The notes under the pieces: generated by a model
The model's database searches: none
Told to the model about the DNA's origin: nothing
What the model saw: only the letters and a program-made list of their open reading frames with translations
Sequence record: SRR31156797_7717
Direction: 5' to 3' (one strand)
DNA length: 47,085 nucleotides
In this document: positions 1-7,626 of the stretch, one piece after another
Numbering within the stretch: position 1 is the first letter of the stretch
Layout: every line of letters starts with the position of its first letter
Program-made: the position numbers and the translations under genes

Positions 1-32
1 CGTCCTGAAATTAATTTCAGGACGGGTTTTTT
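1..32 (+). terminator. Intrinsic terminator (possibly bidirectional)
   Basis: Palindrome CGTCCTGAAATT/AATTTCAGGACG followed by GG-T6; lies just beyond the stop of the convergent 38..508 gene. Confidence 0.75.
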
Positions 33-37
33 GTTTT

Positions 38-508
38 TTACTCATTTTTTTTACTGTGTTCCTCGTAACTGGTCACTGTTTCCATGATTTCCCGGCAAGT
101 GTGTTCTCCTTGCCTGCGGACCAGTTCCGGAGCCGCGTTGCAGGCGATCAGCCTGTCCAATTCTACCTTTTCCGGATAGTCATCCAGGCATTCTTCTTCC
201 ACCGTTAGTTTGTCAGGGATGATTTCCAGCTGTTCTTCAATTCTGTATCCTATTGAGCCGCACAGATGGTTTAACGCTGCGATAACAAGTTCTTTTTCCC
301 CTTCTTCTTCAAGCTTGCTAAAGAGTAGGTGCAGCCTATCTAACGGGTTTCGTTGGTAGTCTTCATGTTGTGGTGATGAACAGTAGCGGTTGATCTGGCT
401 TTGGCCCCTTGAGAAAATTTTCTGCATACAGGTTGCACCAAGCACTTCACGGGAACATTGCATCATTTCCCATGTTTTTGTGGCTGTATTCGTTTTTTTG
501 GGTTTCAT
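38..508 (-). CDS. Phage regulatory CII-like helical protein
   Basis: 156-aa ORF; HTH-like segment followed by RNPLDRL motif reminiscent of phage CII-family regulators; family call from memory. Confidence 0.5.
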   Translation of the reverse strand: MKPKKTNTATKTWEMMQCSREVLGATCMQKIFSRGQSQINRYCSSPQHEDYQRNPLDRLHLLFSKLEEEGEKELVIAALNHLCGSIGYRIEEQLEIIPDKLTVEEECLDDYPEKVELDRLIACNAAPELVRRQGEHTCREIMETVTSYEEHSKKNE

Positions 509-1047
509 CTGGAAAAATCCCTTATTTTTAGGTGTTTAATCTGTTTTTTTAGTCCGAACGTTATTTATAATGAATGCGTGGGGTTTTTGGATTTATTTTT
601 CCCCTCGCTTTTGTCAACCAATGGTTTCATTATAAAAAACGTGGATAAATATTGTTTGTATGTGGTATACATAAAACAGGGTGTTTTTCAATATGGACAC
701 GTACAACCGGATCGAGTCAGCAGGAGGCGGTATGAAAAGAGATAAGTATAACTTTTGGGAATGTTTCTTTTTTTTTAAACATGTTTGACTCGCTAAGGCG
801 TTTACCGTATTATTTCAGGATTATCCTAAAAATAAATTCACGTGTACATGAAATTTGAACGCGAAAATTAAATTATGTTGCATAAGTCGTGTAATATAAT
901 ATAATTATTAATTAGAGTTATGTTAATTTAGGCTGATTCAACCATTTCCGGAGTCGGGATAAGGGTTGAGGATTTGTTTTATAGAAACTGTCCGGACATC
1001 GGGAATCGGGCAAAATGATGTAATCATACATTTTTAAGGAGAGTGAC

Positions 1048-1989
1048 ATGAGGAAACCAATACTGCTTCTCATCGCCATCGTCTGCTTTTTTGTAGCACC
1101 TTCCATGGCTTTGGCTACTGATTTGCCGAGGGTTATGATTGTCGGAGAGGATGCTGATCCAGATACTGTTCCCCGTAGCTCAAGGGTTTTTAAACGGGTG
1201 CTCAATGCTATTTCCAATGAGATGATCAATCTCGGTTTCGATGTTAAAGATGAAACTGCTCTGACCCACATGACCCATGTTCAGGGACGCACCAGGCGTA
1301 ATGATGCCGAGCTTATCCAGATCGCCAAGGATGCAGGTATTGATGTCCTTTGCATTTTCAGTATTTATCCCAATGCCAAAACCAACCAGAATAGCGTCAG
1401 AGTTACTGCCCGTGTTGAAGGTCGTCTCCTTTCCGTATGGGACGGTTCCAGAATGGGTAACTTTGAAGCAGAACCGCAGCAGTACCAGCTCGTACCCAGA
1501 CCGTACAGCCGTAATGATGTTCTTGAAGCAGTCGGTAAGCTGTCTAAAATCATCGGTTCCGATGTAGGTGCTGTACTTGCTGATCGTCTCGACCAGTATC
1601 ATCCCGAAGGCGGCAGCTATTCTGACGGTGGCGGCTCCGGTTCTGGTTCCGGTTCCGGCTCCGGTATCGGTTCCAGCGGACGTCTCCTTGAGTGGACCCT
1701 TATTTTTGATGGCTTCAGCGATGATGATATGCTTGACGTTGAAGATTACATCACCATCTTCACTGGTTACGACAGCCACAGACCCAAGAGCAACGCTCTG
1801 AACACTTCTTCTCATCACGAGCTGTGGTACAAGACCTCCATTGATTCCGCTCACCTGAAGCGCAATATGGTTCGCATGCTCAGAAAGCTGAACATGAAGG
1901 GACGTGTCTACATTTCCGGTAACGAAGTGAAGATCGTTAAGCAGCACCGCGTAAAGCAGCGTAGAAAGCAGAGCAACAGCGAATGGTAG
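1048..1989 (+). CDS. Secreted envelope protein, CsgG/TolB-N-like domain + Gly-Ser linker + C-terminal alpha/beta domain
   Basis: AAGGAG RBS, signal peptide ending ALA, GGGSGSGSGSGSG linker, codon usage typical of high expression. Confidence 0.7.
   Translation: MRKPILLLIAIVCFFVAPSMALATDLPRVMIVGEDADPDTVPRSSRVFKRVLNAISNEMINLGFDVKDETALTHMTHVQGRTRRNDAELIQIAKDAGIDVLCIFSIYPNAKTNQNSVRVTARVEGRLLSVWDGSRMGNFEAEPQQYQLVPRPYSRNDVLEAVGKLSKIIGSDVGAVLADRLDQYHPEGGSYSDGGGSGSGSGSGSGIGSSGRLLEWTLIFDGFSDDDMLDVEDYITIFTGYDSHRPKSNALNTSSHHELWYKTSIDSAHLKRNMVRMLRKLNMKGRVYISGNEVKIVKQHRVKQRRKQSNSEW
1627..1680 (+). repeat. Degenerate 6-bp coding tandem repeat (GGYTCY) encoding a Gly-Ser linker
   Basis: ggctccggttctggttccggttccggctccggt in frame. 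Confidence 0.8.
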
Positions 1990-2019
1990 GTTCTTCTGCC
2001 GTAAAAAGATGAGGTCTGT

Positions 2020-3126
2020 ATGTCCTTAGCAAAACTGTACTCTCAGGTGGTTGCCATTTCGCTTGCAATATTGCTGGCTGCCTCCACAGCGTTTGCTGTG
2101 GAGGCTACCGGCGAAGGAATTGACCGCCATCAGGCTCTCAATTCCGCTTTGCGCACTGCGGTTGAAATGCAGATCGGCACGGCTGTGGCCTCTGATTCTC
2201 TTGTTGAGTCCGGGGTACTGGTTCGTGACGAGATTGCCAGCCACTCGAAAGGGTATGTCTCTTCTTATAAGGTGTTGAAGGAAGGGGCTACTACTGACGG
2301 TTACATTATCACCATTGATGCTGTGGTCGACAGCAAGCTCATGTATTCCGATTACACCACCCTTGCCATCCTCCAGAAAATGTCTGGCCTGCCGCGACTT
2401 CTTATTTTCGGTTCCGGGGCCGGCTTTAATTCAGTTCCCCCACAGTCTATGAAGGAACTTGTGCACGCTGTTTCACGTACTTTCGGGAATAAATTCCAGT
2501 TCGAGGTCATCGACTGGCCTATGTCCCGTGCCAAGTATAGTGAAATTGAAGGTTCCATGAACCTCAAAAAGGCTGCCAAGTTTAATGGTCTGCTTAAGGC
2601 TGATTATGTTGTCACTGTCGAACTGGAGCTGCCACGGGATGCCAACCCGGTCATGCATCTGACCTGCGTTAGAATCTCTGACGGACTCAAGATAGGCGAA
2701 GTACGCAGGCCCATTGAAAAATATGTGAGCCTTTCCGGCAAGCCTGCTGAAGTCTACAGCCGCGCCGTGGATGCAGCCAAGCCTGAGGCCTACTGGGCCT
2801 CGGTAAGGATTGCCCGGGAACTTCTTGAACGCATGGAATCCGAGCTGGATCGGGGTAAGGGCTTTCGTTACACATTGACTTTTCTTGGTTTTCCCGAACT
2901 TTCTCATATCGGCTCTGCTCTTGAGGATGTGCCCGGATTTGTACGTAAGGAAGTTAAGCGTCAGAACGGTATGAATATGGAGATGACCTACTGGTCCACC
3001 TTGCGTGCTGAAAATCTGCTCAAGCGGGTTTCTACCGCACTGAAAAACGTGGGCGTGGAGAAGTTCCAGAGTAAAATGGATGGAAGGAATTTGAAATTCC
3101 GTTGGCAGAATCCCGAAGGATTCTAA
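2020..3126 (+). CDS. Secreted FlgT-N/LPP20-like domain protein
   Basis: Signal peptide (AFA); N-terminus VEATGEG..ALNSALRTAVE..G..V..DEI....GYV..YKVL matches the FlgT N-terminal pattern; CsgG-like middle domain. Confidence 0.65.
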   Translation: MSLAKLYSQVVAISLAILLAASTAFAVEATGEGIDRHQALNSALRTAVEMQIGTAVASDSLVESGVLVRDEIASHSKGYVSSYKVLKEGATTDGYIITIDAVVDSKLMYSDYTTLAILQKMSGLPRLLIFGSGAGFNSVPPQSMKELVHAVSRTFGNKFQFEVIDWPMSRAKYSEIEGSMNLKKAAKFNGLLKADYVVTVELELPRDANPVMHLTCVRISDGLKIGEVRRPIEKYVSLSGKPAEVYSRAVDAAKPEAYWASVRIARELLERMESELDRGKGFRYTLTFLGFPELSHIGSALEDVPGFVRKEVKRQNGMNMEMTYWSTLRAENLLKRVSTALKNVGVEKFQSKMDGRNLKFRWQNPEGF

Positions 3127-3137
3127 ATAACAATACA

Positions 3138-3176
3138 CGGGTGGGGGGTGAATGATGAAAATTTTCCCCTCGCCCG
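3138..3176 (+). other. GC-rich intergenic hairpin without U tract (mRNA stabiliser or partial terminator)
   Basis: CGGGTGGGGGGTGAAT...ATTTTCCCCTCGCCCG between genes 2 and 3 of the cluster. Confidence 0.45.
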
Positions 3177-3251
3177 AATAAAATGTTGATGTATCATGCA
3201 GGTAAATCATGATTGTCGGCGGAACGCATCCGCTGCAAGGAGGATAACCGG

Positions 3252-4457
3252 ATGAAAAGATATTTAATATGTCTAACGGGCCTGCTTTTGATTCTCTCCC
3301 TTGCGGGATGCGGAAAAAAAGTAAAACCCATGTCAATTGAAGACAACCCGGCCCATCATTATTTAATGGGGATGGAGCTTATCGATCAGGGCATGCCTGA
3401 AAAGGCGTTTGTCCGTTTTGAACGGGCTGTTGCCCTTGATGATGAATATGCACCTGCGATCGCAGGTAAGGCCCTTGTTTACTCTATGCGCGCTGAAACA
3501 GAGAGTGATGAAGAGTACAGTGCTGTTGATGCTGAAAGGGCCATTGATCAGCTTGATAAGGCTGTGCGCGAGGCAAGGCGTGACAGGTCACAGAAATTTA
3601 GTGTCTACGTGACCGGTATTCGGGTTTACAGCCATATTACCACCCGCGGTTGGCTGCAGAGAGCGGAAGATCTTTACGCCGATGCTAAGCTTATGCTCAA
3701 GTACGTGGTGGAAGAAGATCTTCCGTATTATCGTCAGACCGAGGCTGTTCATTATTTCATGGGCGAGGCCTACTTTAAAGGCGGAGAATTCCGCAAGGCC
3801 GAAGATGTGCTCGGCGTAGTTCTATCCGCTTCTCCGGGTAAGTGGCATGACAAGGCCAATGCTCTTTATAACCGTGCGCAGAAGATCCTGCGGGCCATGA
3901 GCAATTATACCTTGACTGATGTAGCCAAGCAGATTGCGGTTAAGGAAGAAGTCGACCGGGCTGATGTTGCCGCACTGCTGGTGGATGAACTCCATCTGGA
4001 TAGACTTTTTGCTGGGCGCATTCCTGTTCCAGGTAATGATAAAAAGGCTGAATTCACTCCCGCCGATGTCGTCGGCCATATGTTTGAGCCTGAAATTATG
4101 ACTGTCCTTAAATGGCATGTCCGGGGTCTTGAACCTACCTATGACGAGCAGACCCGTGCTTATCTTTTCCATCCCAAGAAGCCCATGACCCGCAAGGAGT
4201 TGGCTTTTGTGCTGGAAGATGTGCTCATCAAGCTGACCGGCGATGACTCTATGTCCACCCAGCACATGGGGCAGAAGAAGTCGCTCTATCCTGATGTGAA
4301 GGCCACCGATGCATGGTACAACGCCATTGTTACCGTGGTTAACCGCAACCTGATGGAAACCGATCTGTCCGGTGCCTTCCGTCCTGATGCCAATATGGAT
4401 GGTGCTGATCTCATCCTTTCCCTGATGCGTCTGCGTAACATTATGAATATTTACTAA
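3252..4457 (+). CDS. Lipoprotein with TPR repeats and C-terminal S-layer homology (SLH) domains
   Basis: AGGAGG RBS before ATG 3252; lipobox LAGC; TPR-like helices; SLH-like motifs FHPKKPMTRKELA and YPDVKATDAWY...GAFRPDANM. Confidence 0.8.
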   Translation: MKRYLICLTGLLLILSLAGCGKKVKPMSIEDNPAHHYLMGMELIDQGMPEKAFVRFERAVALDDEYAPAIAGKALVYSMRAETESDEEYSAVDAERAIDQLDKAVREARRDRSQKFSVYVTGIRVYSHITTRGWLQRAEDLYADAKLMLKYVVEEDLPYYRQTEAVHYFMGEAYFKGGEFRKAEDVLGVVLSASPGKWHDKANALYNRAQKILRAMSNYTLTDVAKQIAVKEEVDRADVAALLVDELHLDRLFAGRIPVPGNDKKAEFTPADVVGHMFEPEIMTVLKWHVRGLEPTYDEQTRAYLFHPKKPMTRKELAFVLEDVLIKLTGDDSMSTQHMGQKKSLYPDVKATDAWYNAIVTVVNRNLMETDLSGAFRPDANMDGADLILSLMRLRNIMNIY

Positions 4458-4471
4458 CAGTGGAGGATAAA

Positions 4472-5431
4472 GTGAAAAAAATATTGCTAGCCCTGACAGC
4501 GGTAGTGCTTTTTGCAGGCTCCGCTGTTGCCGGGGAAAAAATTGTCGAGGTCGTGAATGCAGATGAAGTATTCCAGAAGGGATACATTCAGGTAATAGGT
4601 GAATCCGAAGCCGGACAGAGTCGTTACCGGGCTAAACGAGCTGCCGAAGTGGTAGCCCAGAGAAGGATGCTTGAAATCTTTCAGGGCTTGCGTTTGAGTG
4701 GTAAAACCACCGTGCGTGATGGAATGCTTTCAAGTGAAAAGATCAAGACCACTGTTGATGGCACCTTGCGTGGTGCAGTTCCCTGCGGTGAGTCCTTTGA
4801 CCGTACCGAAGGGTATGCACGGGTTTGCCTGCGCTTGAACCTGCACGGTCATGATTCCGTGTACAGTGCTTTTGATGAAATAATTCTCAAGGAACCTAAG
4901 GAGCTTAAGATCCGCGAGATCCCGGCTTTCAAGCCTGAAACCCTCCCTGAAATTGTTGCTCCTGCGGTGGAAGAAAAGAAAGAAGAAGTTGTTGCAAAGG
5001 TAGAAGCTCCTTCTGAAGTTGTTGAAAAGGTGGAAGTTCCGGTACAGACCACTGAACCTGCATCCGAGAAGATTCAGGAAGCCGTGGCTACTCCGGTTGA
5101 CGGTATAATTGTTGATGTGCGTGACTTTGACTTTAAGCCTGCATTGGTCAACCGTATTCTGACCGACAAGAATGAAGTTCTTTTTGATCCTTCCAAGGTG
5201 CTTAATCAGGTTTTGATTGAAAGGGGCTGTGGTGGTTACACTACTGATCTGCAAAAGGCCCGTGCTCTGCTTGAATCATGGGGCAGCAAGTCTCCCATGG
5301 TGCTTAAAGGCAAGACCGTGCAGAACGTGACTGATGCTGTGGTAAGCGTTGAAGATGCGTCTACCGTATTTGCCTATGACCAGAAGTATAATCTGCTGGC
5401 ACAGGCAAGGGTAGTCTTCGTACTTAAGTAG
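4472..5431 (+). CDS. Secreted LPP20/FlgP-like domain protein
   Basis: GGAGG RBS before GTG 4472; signal peptide (AVA); AKRAAEVVAQRRMLE..GLRL...TTVRD...VDGTLRGA pattern; Glu/Val/Pro-rich linker. Confidence 0.65.
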   Translation: MKKILLALTAVVLFAGSAVAGEKIVEVVNADEVFQKGYIQVIGESEAGQSRYRAKRAAEVVAQRRMLEIFQGLRLSGKTTVRDGMLSSEKIKTTVDGTLRGAVPCGESFDRTEGYARVCLRLNLHGHDSVYSAFDEIILKEPKELKIREIPAFKPETLPEIVAPAVEEKKEEVVAKVEAPSEVVEKVEVPVQTTEPASEKIQEAVATPVDGIIVDVRDFDFKPALVNRILTDKNEVLFDPSKVLNQVLIERGCGGYTTDLQKARALLESWGSKSPMVLKGKTVQNVTDAVVSVEDASTVFAYDQKYNLLAQARVVFVLK

Positions 5432-5449
5432 TAAAAAGGCGGTGTTGCG

Positions 5450-7624
5450 GTGTTGCATAAGAAGGGACTCCTCATTGGCGGAATTATTGCGGCCGTGATC
5501 ATGGTCGGTTCCATGGTGCTGGTCAGGGTTCATTTTGTGGATGCCGCACAAAAGCTGCTTTCTGATATGACCAATATGGGGGTGGTAATGGAGGATATTG
5601 AACTCCATTACTCCCCCCTTCCTTCCTTGCGGGTTACCAACCTGCGTGTCCAGAGCGGTATGGATACGGTCCGTATTCCGCAACTGGAAATCTTTCCTGA
5701 TATTACCAGTCTACTCAGTGGAGAGGTCAAACTTCGTCATGTGGTCCTGCAAGACCCGGATGTGCAGGCTCTTGCTCATCGTGAGGGTGGGGCGGAAGCT
5801 TCCGGTGTGCTGGAACTCCCCGCTATATTTCCTGATAAAATTGATGTTGTCTCCGGCAAGGTGCAACTGACCAACAGCTATCAGGCTGTGCCGCTCACTG
5901 TTTCCGCCAGTGTTGAAAAGGAAAGTAGCGGTTTTGCTTTTAATGTGCGCAGTGCTTCTATAGCCGAGTTAGGGTTTAAGTTTTCCGGTCGTCTGGATAT
6001 GATTTCCACTTCACCGCTGAAGCTTAATCTTCAAGCCAGTGAGTGTTCCATTGATCCTGCTTCTTTTCTGGGATTTCTGACTGGTTTTGGTTATATGTCC
6101 AATTCCACCATTCCCGAGTTGGCTGAGGCCGGTAAGTTTGAAACTAATGATCTTGATTTCAGTTTGGACAATGCAGCCGGAACTATGAGTGTAAAGGCTG
6201 GGGGACTGGTGCTTGATTCCACCAGCGGTAAAGGGCTTTCTTTGCAAATGGGGCAGGGGGGAACTTTTAAGGTTGCTCTTGATGAGGCTCAGGTTGATGC
6301 CGGAGAACTTTATGCCATGGCTCAGAGGAGTGAGCGGGGCCGCAATGCCACCCGTTTCCTGTGTGAGTCGGCTAAGCTGAAATCAATCAAGCCGAAGGGA
6401 ACTCTGATTTTAAAAGCTGTTTCATTACACACCCCGCCCGGTAGTGTTGGAAATAAGGGACTTTCCGGCAAGATGACGGTAAGTGCCAAGGACCTTGTAC
6501 TGGTTCTGGAGTCCTTGGATGGCAAGAAGCAGGAATTAAGCATTTCCGAAATTGATGCTGATGTTGAACTTAAGGATGGCAAGCCTGTTGTTTCTGTGCG
6601 CAGTTTTAATGTTGCCTCTGCAACCGGGGGAATCTTTAACGCACAGGCATCATTATCTTTTCCGGTTGATATGAAGCAGGTCCGGTTCAAGGCTGAGGCC
6701 CTTGATTTTTCCCTTTTTGATTACATTATCACCTGCGAGGCTGAAAAAAAAAATCCTTTGCGGACAGTGTTTGATACTCAGTTGAGCTATAAGGAAACGC
6801 GAATTTCAGCTTCTGGGTATTTTAATACACCCCGCAATCATCAGGCAGGTTATGAGGCCCAGTTGAAATCCTTAAGTATTCGCATTCCTGAAAAGGATGA
6901 GAGCGTCACTTCTCCTGATGTGGCTGATGCAAAAGAGAAATTTAATTTTGAAAAGCTGCTCGGCCGGGATATCAGCGGCAAGGCTTCTATTCGTCGTTTT
7001 TATTATAATGATTGGCCCTTCAGTGATGTCGCCGTTTTTGTTCATTCCGGTAACGAACGTGCTTTGCTCAAGGCCAGCGGTAAACTTTTTCATCTCAACC
7101 TGAATGCTGATGTTGTGCTGGCGCAGGATCAGCTTGCTGCACAGTGCAATGTGAAAGGTCGCGGGACCAGTCTGCCTAGTTTGATCGCCTGTTTTGCAAA
7201 GGATCTTTCCGTTTCACTGCGCGGTAAAATTTATCTTAATGCTAATATGTTTATGCAGGGCGGTGATGCGGATGAGTTGGCTCAATCCGTGCGCGGAGAG
7301 GCATCCGCAAAGATTGATGGGCTGCATATTTTTAACCTTGCCGACCTTGATCCCCGGTTGGGATTTTTTATTGATCTGCTGGATGCTGTTTCTTTCAACC
7401 CCGAAGGTGGACAGGGGCTTAATTTCAGCACAGCGCGGATGCGTGTGGATTTAAGCGGCAGGAAGTTACTGATCAATTCTTTCAACCTTAGTGGTCGGCA
7501 GTTGCAGGCTTGGGGTGGAGGGGCGTATTCCATTGCTGATAAGCATCTGCAACTGGAGGGGAAGGTCCGTTCCGTGCTCGGTACGGTCAATTCCTTTAAC
7601 GTAGACAGGAAGTTGAAGTCATAG
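5450..7624 (+). CDS. AsmA-like membrane-anchored beta-strand-rich protein
   Basis: Single N-terminal TM, then LPSLRVTNLRV...SLLSGEVKL..VVLQDPDV typical of the AsmA N-terminus; beta-rich throughout with AsmA-like C-terminus. Confidence 0.7.
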   Translation: MLHKKGLLIGGIIAAVIMVGSMVLVRVHFVDAAQKLLSDMTNMGVVMEDIELHYSPLPSLRVTNLRVQSGMDTVRIPQLEIFPDITSLLSGEVKLRHVVLQDPDVQALAHREGGAEASGVLELPAIFPDKIDVVSGKVQLTNSYQAVPLTVSASVEKESSGFAFNVRSASIAELGFKFSGRLDMISTSPLKLNLQASECSIDPASFLGFLTGFGYMSNSTIPELAEAGKFETNDLDFSLDNAAGTMSVKAGGLVLDSTSGKGLSLQMGQGGTFKVALDEAQVDAGELYAMAQRSERGRNATRFLCESAKLKSIKPKGTLILKAVSLHTPPGSVGNKGLSGKMTVSAKDLVLVLESLDGKKQELSISEIDADVELKDGKPVVSVRSFNVASATGGIFNAQASLSFPVDMKQVRFKAEALDFSLFDYIITCEAEKKNPLRTVFDTQLSYKETRISASGYFNTPRNHQAGYEAQLKSLSIRIPEKDESVTSPDVADAKEKFNFEKLLGRDISGKASIRRFYYNDWPFSDVAVFVHSGNERALLKASGKLFHLNLNADVVLAQDQLAAQCNVKGRGTSLPSLIACFAKDLSVSLRGKIYLNANMFMQGGDADELAQSVRGEASAKIDGLHIFNLADLDPRLGFFIDLLDAVSFNPEGGQGLNFSTARMRVDLSGRKLLINSFNLSGRQLQAWGGGAYSIADKHLQLEGKVRSVLGTVNSFNVDRKLKS

Positions 7625-7626
7625 CC

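Noticed and set aside
458-745. 95-aa + strand ORF
   Set aside because: No RBS, overlaps the start of the opposite gene, composition reflects AT-rich promoter DNA.
901-928. dif-like site (TTATGTTAATT resembles a XerD arm)
   Set aside because: The XerC arm (ATAATTATTAA) does not fit and the region is very AT-rich.
1627-1680. Phase-variable tandem repeat
   Set aside because: In-frame degenerate hexamers encoding a flexible linker; unit changes would not shift frame.
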